Positions 30,132 through 40,603 of a stretch of 64,000 nucleotides of DNA are shown piece after piece; position 1 is the first letter of the stretch; each line of letters starts with the position of its first letter. The stretch lies in contig JAVKIY010000007.1 of the NCBI GenBank assembly GCA_031459235.1, forward strand, positions 200 to 64,199, read 5' to 3'. Source of the DNA: Candidatus Fervidifonticultor tertius. GTDB taxonomy: Bacteria; Sysuimicrobiota; Sysuimicrobiia; Sysuimicrobiales; Humicultoraceae. A program made the position numbers and the translations under genes. The notes below the pieces were generated by a model that was given only the letters and a program-made list of their open reading frames with translations, was not told the DNA's origin and did not search any database.

Positions 30132-30926
30132 ATGGGGCCCGCTACCCCGCTCGCGGACACCGTGCTCCGCATCGAGAGGGTCACGCTGCGCTTTGTGGGC
30201 CTAACGGCGATCGACGATCTCTCGCTCGCCGTCCGCGCGGGCGAGCTGCTCGGGATCATCGGCCCCAACGGCGCCGGTAAGACGAGCGTGCTCAACTGCA
30301 TCAGCGGGTTCTACCACCCGCAGGCCGGCCGCATCCTCTTCCGCGACCAGGACATCACGCATCGGCCGGCGCACGCGCGGGCGCGCCTGGGCATCGCTCG
30401 GACCTTCCAGAACATCGCGCTCTACCCGGGGATGACCGTGCTCGCGAACATCACCTCGGGCCGCCTCCTCCACATGCGCGCCGGCGTGCTCGCCGGTGGG
30501 GTCTACTGGGGACCGGCACAGCGGGAGCTCGTCAGGCACCGCGAGCGCGTCGAGGAGATCATCGACTTCCTGGAGCTCGAGGGGCACCGCGACCACCGCG
30601 TCGCGGAACTGGCCTACGGCGTGCAGAAGAAGGTCGAGCTCGGCCGGGCGCTGGCCATGGAGCCCCGGCTGTTGCTGCTCGACGAGCCCATGGCCGGGAT
30701 GACCGCGGACGAGAAGGCGGACATGGCCCGCTACATCCTGGAGCTGCGGGAGGTTCGCGGCATCCCCATGATCCTGATCGAGCACGACATGGGCGTCGTG
30801 ATGGACCTCTGCGACCGCCTCGTCGTCATGGACTACGGCCGCAAGATCGCCGAGGGGCTACCCGAGGCGATCCAGCACGACCCGCGGGTCATCCAGGCCT
30901 ACCTGGGCGAGGAGACCGTGGCGTGA
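30132..30926 (+). CDS. Branched-chain-type ABC transporter ATP-binding protein (LivG-like)
   Basis: [18 protein letters not shown] and LLLDEPMAGM. Confidence 0.88.
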   Translation: MGPATPLADTVLRIERVTLRFVGLTAIDDLSLAVRAGELLGIIGPNGAGKTSVLNCISGFYHPQAGRILFRDQDITHRPAHARARLGIARTFQNIALYPGMTVLANITSGRLLHMRAGVLAGGVYWGPAQRELVRHRERVEEIIDFLELEGHRDHRVAELAYGVQKKVELGRALAMEPRLLLLDEPMAGMTADEKADMARYILELREVRGIPMILIEHDMGVVMDLCDRLVVMDYGRKIAEGLPEAIQHDPRVIQAYLGEETVA

Positions 30927-32872
30927 GCGCGCGCGCTGTCCTCGATCGGCCCCACGCCCCCGTGGAAGCGCCGGCGGCCCTGGACACCTTCCCCAAGCGC
31001 CTGCTGGCCAACGCCGGCCGCTTCGGCGACCGCGTGGCCTTCCGCGAGAAAGAGTTGGGCGTCTGGCGGGAGATCACGTGGCGGCAGTACCTCGACCGCG
31101 CGCGGGCCTGCGCGCTCGGGCTCCACGAGCTGGGCGTCCGGCGCAGCGACGTGGTCGCGCTGGTCGGCGACAACCGACCGGAGCTCTACTACATGGCGAT
31201 GGGCGCGCAGGCCATCGGCGCCATCTCCTGCGCCTTCTACCAGGATAGCCTGGCCGAACAGCTCGCCGAGCTCATCGCGTTCGCGGGGGCCCGCGTGGTC
31301 TTCTGTGAGGATCAGGAGCAGACGGACAAGATCCTCGAGACGCTCGACCGCCTGCCCCAGCTCGAGTGGATCGTCGTGGAGGACTGGCGCGGGATGTGGC
31401 GCTACCGCCACCCGCGCCTGCTGGCCTACGAGGACCTGGCGGCGCGTGGTGCCGAGGCCGCGCATCGGGCGCCCGAGCGGTTCGAGCACGAGGTCGCCGC
31501 GGGCCGCGGGGAGGAGATCGCCATCCTCTGCCAGACCTCGGGGACCACGGCCATGCCCAAGCTCGCCATGCTCTCGCACGACAACCTGCTCAGCCAGAGC
31601 GAGAACTTCCACGCCGTCGAGCCGCACATCTCGGCGCGCGACGAGTTCGTGAGCTACCTGCCGTTCGCGTGGATCGGCGAGCAGATGATCTCCTACAGCC
31701 TGCACCAGCTGGTCGGGTTTACGGTGAACTTCCCGGAGGAGCCCGAGACCGCGCAGCGCGACCTGCGCGAGATCGGCCCGCAGTTCACCTTCGCGCCGGC
31801 CCGCATCTACGAGGGGCTGCACTCTGCGGTCACGGTCCGCATGCTCGACGCCGGGCGGCTGCGGCAGGCGATCTATCGGGCCGCCATGCGGGTCGGCATC
31901 CGGGCCGTCGAGCTGGAAGCCGAGGGCCGGCCGGTCCCCCTGGGCCTGCGTCTGGCCCGGCGGGCCGCCTACTGGACCGTCTACCGTCCCATCCTGGACA
32001 AGATCGGGCTCTCGCGGATGCGCGTGGCCTGGAACGGCGGGGCCTCGCTCGGTCCGGACTACTTCAAGTTCTTCCGGGCGATGGGGCTGAACCTCAAACA
32101 AATCTACGGCCAGACCGAGATCGCCGGCATCTCGTGCGTCCACCGCGACGGGCAGGTGCGGTTCTGGACAATGGGCGCCCCGATCGCGAACACCGAGGTC
32201 CAGCTCACGCCCGAGGGCGAGATCATCGAACGCAGCCCCTCGGTCTTCCGGGGCTACTACCGCAACCCGGAGGCCACGGCCCGGGCCCTGCGGGACGGCT
32301 GGCTCTACTCCGGCGACTACGGCGCGCTCGATCCGACCGGCGATGTCATCATGTTCGACCGCATGGGTGACGTGCTCCAGACCGCCGGCGGCGTGCGGGT
32401 GGCACCGCGCGTCATCGAGGACATGCTGAAGTTCACGCCCTACATCCAGGAGGCGATGGTCGTCGGCGACGGCCAGCCGTTCCTGGCGGCCATCCTCAAC
32501 ATCGACCTGCGCAACGTGGGTAAGTGGGCCGAGGACCGCGGGCTGGCGTATACCTCGTACACCGACCTCTCGCAGAAGCCCGAGGTGCTCGAACTCCTGA
32601 GGCGGCTGGTGGCCGAGACCAACACCCGGCTGCAGCCCGAGTGGCGGTTGCGCCGGTTTGTCTCGCTCTACAAGGAGTTCCACCCCGACGACGACGAGCT
32701 CACGCGCACGCGCAAGCTCCGTCGGGGGCACATCACCGACCGCTACCGCGACCTGATCGCCGCGATCTACGGCGGGCAGCCCACGTTCCAGGCCACGTTC
32801 ACCGTACGCTACGAGGACGGCCGCACCGCCGAGATCCGGCCCGTGATGCGGATCGTGGCCGCGGACGAATGA
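30923..32872 (+). CDS. AMP-dependent acyl-CoA synthetase/ligase embedded in the ABC transporter operon
   Basis: TSGTTAMPK AMP-binding motif, 649 aa. The GTG at 30923 overlaps the livG-like TGA. Confidence 0.88.
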   Translation: MSARAVLDRPHAPVEAPAALDTFPKRLLANAGRFGDRVAFREKELGVWREITWRQYLDRARACALGLHELGVRRSDVVALVGDNRPELYYMAMGAQAIGAISCAFYQDSLAEQLAELIAFAGARVVFCEDQEQTDKILETLDRLPQLEWIVVEDWRGMWRYRHPRLLAYEDLAARGAEAAHRAPERFEHEVAAGRGEEIAILCQTSGTTAMPKLAMLSHDNLLSQSENFHAVEPHISARDEFVSYLPFAWIGEQMISYSLHQLVGFTVNFPEEPETAQRDLREIGPQFTFAPARIYEGLHSAVTVRMLDAGRLRQAIYRAAMRVGIRAVELEAEGRPVPLGLRLARRAAYWTVYRPILDKIGLSRMRVAWNGGASLGPDYFKFFRAMGLNLKQIYGQTEIAGISCVHRDGQVRFWTMGAPIANTEVQLTPEGEIIERSPSVFRGYYRNPEATARALRDGWLYSGDYGALDPTGDVIMFDRMGDVLQTAGGVRVAPRVIEDMLKFTPYIQEAMVVGDGQPFLAAILNIDLRNVGKWAEDRGLAYTSYTDLSQKPEVLELLRRLVAETNTRLQPEWRLRRFVSLYKEFHPDDDELTRTRKLRRGHITDRYRDLIAAIYGGQPTFQATFTVRYEDGRTAEIRPVMRIVAADE

Positions 32873-32897
32873 CGCGGTCCCGCGCGGAGCCGCGGCC

Positions 32898-33818
32898 ATG
32901 ACCCTCCACTTCGTGCTGGAGGGAGCTCTGGTCGGAGTGGCGGTCGGCTCGATCTATGCGCTCATCGCGCTCGGCTTCGCGCTACTCTACAAGTCCACGA
33001 AGATCCTGAACCTGGCGCACGGCGAGATGGTGCTGTTCGGCGGCTACCTGGCCATCGCGCTGACGCGGAGCCTGGACCTGCCGGTCTGGATGGCCTTCGC
33101 CCTCGCGGTGGCCGGCACGCTGGCCGCGGCCGCGGCGCTCGGGTTCGTGGTCGAGCGCGGGATCATGCGGCCCCTGTACGGGCAGTCGCTGCTGTCGGTC
33201 ATCATCGTCACCCTGGCGCTGGGCTACATCATCCGGGGGCTCATGGTCGGGCTGTGGGGCGGGGACACGCGTCAGTTCCCGCCTGTGGTGCCCACGGGCG
33301 TGGTGCGGTTCGGCGACCTGATCGTGCCACGGGTCGGCATCTACAGCGCCGCGGTGGCGCTGGCGTTGCTGGTCGGGTTCTCGCTCTTCTTCCGCTACTC
33401 GCTGGTCGGCATCGCCATGCGCGCCGCGGCGAACGAGCAGCTCACGGCCAGCACGCTCGGCGTGAGCCTCAAGCGGGTCTTCGCCTACGCCTGGGCGTTC
33501 GCGGCCATCGCGGCCTCGTTCGGCGGCATCCTGCTGGGGCTGTGGCTGGGCGTGAACTTCGCCCTTGACTACGTGGGTCTCAAGGCGCTTGCCGCGGTGA
33601 TCCTCGGCGGGCTGGACAGCATCCCGGGCGCTATCCTGGGCGGGTTCCTCATCGGCATGTTGGAGAACATCCTGGGAGCCTACATCGACGCGAACGTGAC
33701 GGCCTTCGGGGTCAGCCTCCACGGCTTCAAGGAGATCACGCCGTTCGTGGTCATCCTATTGGTGCTGCTGATCAAGCCCTACGGGCTGTTCGGCACGGAG
33801 CATATCGAGCGACTGTGA
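32898..33818 (+). CDS. Branched-chain-type ABC permease (LivH-like)
   Basis: 306-aa multi-TM protein with LivH-like N-terminus. GGAG 8 nt upstream of the ATG. Confidence 0.88.
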   Translation: MTLHFVLEGALVGVAVGSIYALIALGFALLYKSTKILNLAHGEMVLFGGYLAIALTRSLDLPVWMAFALAVAGTLAAAAALGFVVERGIMRPLYGQSLLSVIIVTLALGYIIRGLMVGLWGGDTRQFPPVVPTGVVRFGDLIVPRVGIYSAAVALALLVGFSLFFRYSLVGIAMRAAANEQLTASTLGVSLKRVFAYAWAFAAIAASFGGILLGLWLGVNFALDYVGLKALAAVILGGLDSIPGAILGGFLIGMLENILGAYIDANVTAFGVSLHGFKEITPFVVILLVLLIKPYGLFGTEHIERL

Positions 33819-33849
33819 GGCGCCCCCGTCCCCGCCCGGCCCCCCGGCC

Positions 33850-34890
33850 ATGAGCGTGCGTCCCGCCGGCGACTTCAAAACCTCCTACGCCCAGGACATG
33901 GCGCTCCTGGACACGGCCCTCTATCGCATCGGGTTCGCGCTGCTGCTCGGGGCTCTGCTGGCCGCGCCGCTCGTGCTCGGACGCTACCTGTTCCTGCTCA
34001 ACACGATCGGCATTTTCGCGCTGGGGGCGGTGGGCCTGTCGCTGCTCACGGGGTTCGCGGGACAAATCTCGCTCGGGCACTCGGCGTTCATGGCGATCGG
34101 CGCCTATGCCTCGTGGTACGTGACCACGCGCCTGGGCCTGCCCTTCCTCGCGGCCCTGGCGTTTGCCGGGGCCGCGACGTTCGCCATCGGCGCGCTCGTC
34201 GGGCTGCCGTCGCTGCGCATCAAGGGGCTTTACCTGGCGATTGCGACGATGGCGTTCCAGTTCATCACGGAGTACGTGATCATCCACACCGCCGGCGGCA
34301 TGGGGGGCACGGTCGTGCCCGCCGCGTCGCTCTTCGGGTTCCAGATCCGCACCGAGACACAGTTTTACTACCTGCTGTTGCCGATCTGGGTCGCGGGCGG
34401 GGTGTTCGCGGCGAACCTGGTCCGCGGCCGGGTGGGGCTGGCGCTGATGGCCGTGCGCGACCGCGATTACGCGGCGCAGGTGTTGGGGGTCAACCTGCTG
34501 CAGTACAAGACGCTGGCGTTCGCCCTGGGCGCCTCGTACGCCGGGGTCGCCGGCAGCCTGTTCGCGCACTACAACCGGGTGATCGGCGCCGAGCACTTCA
34601 CGATCCTGCAATCCATCGACTTCATCGCGATGATCGTGATCGGCGGGCTGGCGAGCGTCTGGGGGCCGCACCTGGGCGCCGGGTTCGTGATCCTGCTCAA
34701 CCAGGGGCTGCGCTACGTGACGCCGTCGCTGGTGACGCTGCTGCCGACCTTCGCGCGGGCGGCCACGCCGCTGCGGGAGATCGTCTTCGGGGCGCTGTTG
34801 ATCGGGCTGCTGATCTGGGAACCGGGCGGGCTGGCGATGCTGTTCCGGAAGCTGAAGCGCTACCTGGACCTGTGGCCCTTCCCGCACTGA
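33850..34890 (+). CDS. Branched-chain-type ABC permease (LivM-like)
   Basis: 346-aa multi-TM protein with LivM-like core. Confidence 0.88.
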   Translation: MSVRPAGDFKTSYAQDMALLDTALYRIGFALLLGALLAAPLVLGRYLFLLNTIGIFALGAVGLSLLTGFAGQISLGHSAFMAIGAYASWYVTTRLGLPFLAALAFAGAATFAIGALVGLPSLRIKGLYLAIATMAFQFITEYVIIHTAGGMGGTVVPAASLFGFQIRTETQFYYLLLPIWVAGGVFAANLVRGRVGLALMAVRDRDYAAQVLGVNLLQYKTLAFALGASYAGVAGSLFAHYNRVIGAEHFTILQSIDFIAMIVIGGLASVWGPHLGAGFVILLNQGLRYVTPSLVTLLPTFARAATPLREIVFGALLIGLLIWEPGGLAMLFRKLKRYLDLWPFPH

Positions 34891-34897
34891 GCGGCGG

Positions 34898-35686
<789 letters not shown>

Positions 35687-35756
35687 ACGGGCGGCGCCCC
35701 ACCGCCGGGAGGCCCGGGCGGGAGCGACCGCCGGCCCCGGGCCCCCGCGCGCTCGC

Positions 35757-37031
35757 TCAGTACCCCAGCCAGTCGCGGCGCCGCTCGATGGTGACCTGCT
35801 CCACCAGCACGATGCGGCCACCCTTGATCTGCATGATGCGTGTGGTCGTCGAAGGCCGGTGGTCGTCGCGCGCCAGCGTGATCGGCGGCGCCAGGCCCTC
35901 GGGGTCCCAGTTCTTCAGCAGCTCGAGCGCGGAGCGCACGTTGGTCCCCACGAAGCCCCCGAGCCGGCCGTAGGTGCTCCAGCCATCCACGATCGTCTCC
36001 AGGCCGCGCCGCAACAGGTAGACGTTCAGCCAGCCGCGGATGTAGGACGCGATGTAGGGCGTCTGCGTCGTGCCCCAGGCGAACTGCGGCACCTCGCGCC
36101 CCTGGAACCGGCGGTAGGCATCGTAGATCGTCCGCATGCCGGGCACGGGTTCACCGAAGTAAGCGTGTGGGGTCGAGCCGTAGACGCCCTCCGCCGAGGT
36201 TCCGATCAGCTTGATCATGTTCTCGTCGTAGCCCCACACGTTGACGAACCAGCGCGTCCGCAGGCCGGCCTGGGCCGCGTCGCGCACGGTCACCGACGCG
36301 GAGTTCGTGGTACCGCCGAACCAGGCGAACTCGGCGCCCGCGGCGCGGATCGCGGAGACCTGCGCGCGGGCTTCCAGGGCCGTGAGCGCGACGAGCTGGT
36401 CGGGTACCACCTCGAAACCGAGCTCCCGGGCGTAGTCCTTGCCCGCGGGAATCGGCGCGCGGCCGTAGGGGTGGTCGGGGTAGACGAAGACGAACTTCGG
36501 CCGCGCGATGCGCTCGCGCTGCGCTTGCTCGCGCGCGAACTTCAGCACGGCCCGGATCTGGTCGGAGTAGGACGACACCGGGTAGAAGTTGTACGGCGTC
36601 TTGGACGGGTCGTTCAGATGCGAGGAGTACGAGGCGGAGATGTAGGGAATCTGGTCGGCCGCGATCTGCTCCTTGAGCGCCTCGGTGTCGTTCGTGCCCC
36701 AGCCGATGATCGCCTGGACACGGTCCACGTCGCGGTACTTGCGGTAGAGGTTCAGGCTCTCGGGGATGCGGTACGCGTAGTCCGCCCACACCAGGTCGAT
36801 GCGGACGCGGCCGCGGATGCCGTTCTGCACCTCGTTGATGTACCGGACGTGGTCGAGGACGCCCTTGTGGTAGTCCACGCCGACGTCGGAGGTGGGGCCG
36901 GTCAGGTCGAAGAGCGCCCCGACCTTGATCGTCGCGGGCATCGGGGGCGGCGCCTGCGCCACCGCGGGGATGCCTGTCAGGGCCAGCAGCACAGCCAGGA
37001 CGAGCGCGGTCCCGAAGACGTGCCCTCTCAC
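35757..37031 (-). CDS. Liv-type (class I) ABC substrate-binding protein
   Basis: Signal peptide MRGHVFGTALVLAVLLALTGIPAVAQA, then IKVGALFDLTGPTS. Confidence 0.85.
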   Translation of the reverse strand: MRGHVFGTALVLAVLLALTGIPAVAQAPPPMPATIKVGALFDLTGPTSDVGVDYHKGVLDHVRYINEVQNGIRGRVRIDLVWADYAYRIPESLNLYRKYRDVDRVQAIIGWGTNDTEALKEQIAADQIPYISASYSSHLNDPSKTPYNFYPVSSYSDQIRAVLKFAREQAQRERIARPKFVFVYPDHPYGRAPIPAGKDYARELGFEVVPDQLVALTALEARAQVSAIRAAGAEFAWFGGTTNSASVTVRDAAQAGLRTRWFVNVWGYDENMIKLIGTSAEGVYGSTPHAYFGEPVPGMRTIYDAYRRFQGREVPQFAWGTTQTPYIASYIRGWLNVYLLRRGLETIVDGWSTYGRLGGFVGTNVRSALELLKNWDPEGLAPPITLARDDHRPSTTTRIMQIKGGRIVLVEQVTIERRRDWLGY

Positions 37032-37094
37032 CGGGATCCACCCCCTTCTGAGGTCACGATGCGGTTGGACGGTCGCGGGGTGCTTCGGCGGACG

Positions 37095-38792
37095 CTAGCG
37101 GGCTCCCTTCCGCACGGTGACGCGGCGCACCACCAGGTCGGCGGCCCGGTTGCCGGCGGTGTTGATCGCAAAGTCCCAGCCCCACGTGTTGGCCATCGTG
37201 GCGTCGGTCAGGCGCACCGTCACCGTCCGCCAGCCGTCGCCGGGCTCGAGCCACTGCCACGGCGTGAACCGGTAGCCGCCCGTCGAGTCGTAGAGAAGGT
37301 TGAAGCCGACCTGGCCCGCAACCCCAGGCGCCAGGACCTCGAGGATGACCTCCACAGGCACCCGGCCCTCGGCGAAGTACAGGAAAGTGTCGTCGATGTC
37401 GAAGTAGACGTAGATCACCTGCCGCGCCACGCTGGTTTGCACGGCTTCCTCCCCGCCTACGTCCACGGGCTCGACGGCGCCGTTGCGCCGGGCGCGGTAC
37501 GGCAGGTTGTACAGGCCCCGCTCGTCCCCCACCCGGCCGAGGCGTGCGGAGACTTCAGCGGCCCTGGCGTAGTCGCGGTCGGGCGCCACCACTGGCAGCC
37601 ACGGTCCACGCGCGGCCGTGGCCCGGGCCTCCTCCGCAAACGCCGCCGGGAGGCCGCTCACCACCACGGGTGCCGGGCCGAGGCGCAGCAGCGCCCGGCC
37701 GTCGCGCACCTCCTGGTCGACCGCCGCGCCGTCGAGGGCGACCGCGCGCGCCGTGCCCGGGACGTCGAACAGCCGGCCGGGGGCCGTGGCCCAGGCGAGC
37801 GCCACGGCCTCGCCCGAGCCGTCGCGCGGGCCGAGGACCACCGCGTAGGTGTCTGGGTCGCGGATCAGGTAACCCGCGAACGGTCGGGCCAGCACCACGG
37901 AGGCGGCCCGGAGGTGAATCAGGTCACCCAGCGTGAGCGCGTGGACGCGCTCGACCCCGGCCGCCTGCGCCACCGCGAGCAGCCGGGCCCACGCCGCGGC
38001 CGACGAAGGGACACCGTCGGCCGGCGGTGTCCAGTCGATCCAGATCGCCTTGCGGGCGGGCCGTGCCCGCTCGCCGAGTACCGCCAGCGGCCGCAGCAGC
38101 ATCTCGGGCCCAAACCCCTGCGGGCTGAGCGCGACCGCGTCGAAAGCGGCCGGCGCGTCCTGGATCATCCGCGTGATGAACCCCAAATCCACGCCGCCCG
38201 GCGTGGCGAGCGCGACGCGCGCCGAGGGATCGGCGGCGCGCAGCCGGGCGCTGGCGCCGCGCAGCAGTGCGAGGTACTCGGTACCGGTACCGCGGAACTG
38301 GGGCAGCCCGATCTGCGTCCACACCTGCCACTCGCCAACCCGTCCCCGGTACCGCGCGGCCGCCGCGGCGACGAAGCGCTCCCAGTCGGCGACCTCGCGG
38401 GGCGGCTGCCGCGAGTAGACCTCGGCGCGCGTCAGGTCCGCGCCGGTGCCGATGCTCGCCCAACGCGGCGTGTGCGCGAGCACGAGCACAACCCGCAGGC
38501 CCTGTTGCGCGGCCTCGGCCACGGCACGGTCGAGGGCGGTCCAGTCGAGCCGGCCGCGGTCCGCCTCGATCAGGCTCCAGTCCGCCAGCACTTTGACCGC
38601 GCGGACGCCGACCTCGCGGGCCGCCGGCGGCAGCGGTCCGCCGGCGAGGCCCAGCCCGAGCTGCGTGGCCGGCGGGGCGGGCGCACCGGGCCCCTGGCCC
38701 AAAACCGCAGGGGCCAGCGACGCCGTCAGGGCCACCGCGACGATGGTCGCTGCGATCACGGGTGGCCGCGAGGAGGTCCAGCCGCCGCTCAC
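37095..38792 (-). CDS. Secreted/membrane-anchored glycoside-hydrolase-like (TIM-barrel) protein with an unknown C-terminal beta-rich domain
   Basis: N-terminal hydrophobic segment, then W..IE...G.LDW..LD..V...QQGLRVVLVLAHTPRWA, typical of clan GH-A. The usual W-N-E-P acid/base motif reads EWQVWTQIG. The GTG at 38792 overlaps the vanZ-like TGA. Confidence 0.5.
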   Translation of the reverse strand: MSGGWTSSRPPVIAATIVAVALTASLAPAVLGQGPGAPAPPATQLGLGLAGGPLPPAAREVGVRAVKVLADWSLIEADRGRLDWTALDRAVAEAAQQGLRVVLVLAHTPRWASIGTGADLTRAEVYSRQPPREVADWERFVAAAAARYRGRVGEWQVWTQIGLPQFRGTGTEYLALLRGASARLRAADPSARVALATPGGVDLGFITRMIQDAPAAFDAVALSPQGFGPEMLLRPLAVLGERARPARKAIWIDWTPPADGVPSSAAAWARLLAVAQAAGVERVHALTLGDLIHLRAASVVLARPFAGYLIRDPDTYAVVLGPRDGSGEAVALAWATAPGRLFDVPGTARAVALDGAAVDQEVRDGRALLRLGPAPVVVSGLPAAFAEEARATAARGPWLPVVAPDRDYARAAEVSARLGRVGDERGLYNLPYRARRNGAVEPVDVGGEEAVQTSVARQVIYVYFDIDDTFLYFAEGRVPVEVILEVLAPGVAGQVGFNLLYDSTGGYRFTPWQWLEPGDGWRTVTVRLTDATMANTWGWDFAINTAGNRAADLVVRRVTVRKGAR

Positions 38793-39142
38793 GGTGCGCT
38801 CGCGCCGGCGCGGCGGCGCACGGGCAGCACCAGGGCGAGCGCGACGCCGATACTGTTCGCGATCAGATCGCGCACCTCGAAGTGCCGGTGTGGCGACAGT
38901 GCCTGGAGCGCCTCCAGCCCGAAACCGAACAGCCACGCGAGCGCGCCGGGAACCAGCGCGCCCCACCACAGCCCGCGCCCGCCGAGCGCGCGGCGCAGCA
39001 GCCAGGCCAGACCCAGGTAGGCCACTAGGTGCAGGGTCGTATCGCTGACGTCGAGGACATCGGGCGCCGGGGAGAGCGACCCCCAGGCGATGCCGAGCGT
39101 CCAGGCGGCGACGAGCAGCCAGTCGAAGGCACGAGAACCCAC
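38789..39142 (-). CDS. VanZ family membrane protein
   Basis: HLVAYLGLAWLL...EALQALSPHRHFEVRDLIANSIGVALA. AGGAG lies 5 nt upstream of the GTG at 39142. Confidence 0.75.
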   Translation of the reverse strand: MGSRAFDWLLVAAWTLGIAWGSLSPAPDVLDVSDTTLHLVAYLGLAWLLRRALGGRGLWWGALVPGALAWLFGFGLEALQALSPHRHFEVRDLIANSIGVALALVLPVRRRAGASAP

Positions 39143-39276
39143 AACGGCTCCTGGTTCGGTGTGCAGCGTGCGGTCCCTCTCTCTGTGAGATACCCGACGG
39201 GCAGGAAGGCCACACCTCGGATGGAATAGAAGCGCCTTGTGCCCCCGGGGCCAACCCTCAGCCAGGAGGACCGACC

Positions 39277-39738
39277 ATGTGGATGGTTCCGCGCGCCGTG
39301 ACCGTCGTGGCCGGCGCGGGCGAAGGCGCGACCGACCTCAATGCGTTCGACCACGCGCTGCTGGACGCCGGCATCGCGAACCTGAACTTCCTGCGCGTGA
39401 CCAGTATCTTCCCGCAGGGCGCGCGGGTGGTGCCGATGCGCCCGTTCGTCCCGGGCACGCTGATGCCCGCGGTCTATGCCCGCATCAGCCGGCACACCCC
39501 CGGCGAGCGCATCGCGGCCGCGGTGGGCGTCGGGATCGGCGAGGAAGGGTACGGCGTCATCATGGAGCACTCGCACACCGGCACCGCTGAGAACGCCGAG
39601 GAGATCGTCCGGAAGATGGTCGCCGACGCCATGGCCGCCCGCGGCCTGCATCTCCGGGAGATCGTGATCGGCGCGAAGGACCACGTGGTGCAGCGGATGG
39701 GCTGCGTGGTCGCCGCGGTCCTGTTCTGGCCGGACTGA
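39277..39738 (+). CDS. pdaD: Pyruvoyl-dependent arginine decarboxylase
   Basis: 153 aa. VAGAGEGATDLNAFDHALLDAGIANLNFLRVTSIFP matches the PdaD self-cleavage region. AGGAGGA lies 6 nt upstream. Confidence 0.85.
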   Translation: MWMVPRAVTVVAGAGEGATDLNAFDHALLDAGIANLNFLRVTSIFPQGARVVPMRPFVPGTLMPAVYARISRHTPGERIAAAVGVGIGEEGYGVIMEHSHTGTAENAEEIVRKMVADAMAARGLHLREIVIGAKDHVVQRMGCVVAAVLFWPD

Positions 39739-39751
39739 CGGGGGATCGGGC

Positions 39752-40600
39752 GTGAGCGCGGAGTGGATCACCGACATGGGCGGCCCGGGCTTCGCCCACA
39801 TCTACCGGGTGGACGCGCTGCTGCACGACAGCCAGTCGCCCTACCAGCGCGTGCGCGTCATCCAGAATAGCGACTTCGGGCGGATGCTCGTGCTCGACGA
39901 CGCCGTCCAGACCACCGAGGGGGACGACTTCATCTACCACGAGCTGCTGGCGCACGTGCCGCTGTGCGCCCATCCCGCGCCGCGGCGGGTGCTCATCGTC
40001 GGCGGGGGCGACGGCGGGCTCCTGCGCGAGGCCCTGCGCCACCCGATCGAGCACGCGACCATGGTCGAGCTCGACCGTGCGGTCGTGGACGTCGCGCGGC
40101 GGTTCATGCCCTCGATCCCCGGCGCGGCGTTCGACGACCCCCGCGCGCGCCTGGTCATCGACGACGGCATCCGGTTCGCGCGCGAGTCGAGCGAGGCGTT
40201 CGACGTGGCGCTGGTGGACTCCACCGACCCCAAGGGGCCCTCGCTCGGCCTGTTCTCATCCGCGTTCTACGGCGACCTGGCGCGCCGGCTGGGCCCGGCC
40301 GGCGTGCTCGCGGTACAGAGCGGGTCGCCGCTCTACCAGCAGGACGTCGTGGCGATGGTGCGCCGGCACATGCGGCCCCACTTCGCGTGGGTGCGCACGT
40401 ATCTCGGGACCGTTCCCACCTACCCCGGCACGCTCTGGTCGTTCACGATCGGCTCGCAGGCGCGCGACCCGGCCGCGGTCGGGGCCGACGAGGTCGCCTC
40501 GCGCTTGGCGGGCATGGCGACCCGCTACTACACGGCCAGCCGCCACGCGGCACTGTTCGACCTGCCGCCCTTCGTCCGCGAGGCCGTCGGGCCGGACTAG
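39752..40600 (+). CDS. speE: Spermidine synthase (polyamine aminopropyltransferase)
   Basis: QSPYQRVRV...LVLDDAVQTTEGDDFIYHE...VLIVGGGDGGLLRE...VDSTDP. Confidence 0.9.
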   Translation: MSAEWITDMGGPGFAHIYRVDALLHDSQSPYQRVRVIQNSDFGRMLVLDDAVQTTEGDDFIYHELLAHVPLCAHPAPRRVLIVGGGDGGLLREALRHPIEHATMVELDRAVVDVARRFMPSIPGAAFDDPRARLVIDDGIRFARESSEAFDVALVDSTDPKGPSLGLFSSAFYGDLARRLGPAGVLAVQSGSPLYQQDVVAMVRRHMRPHFAWVRTYLGTVPTYPGTLWSFTIGSQARDPAAVGADEVASRLAGMATRYYTASRHAALFDLPPFVREAVGPD

Positions 40601-40603
40601 CCG

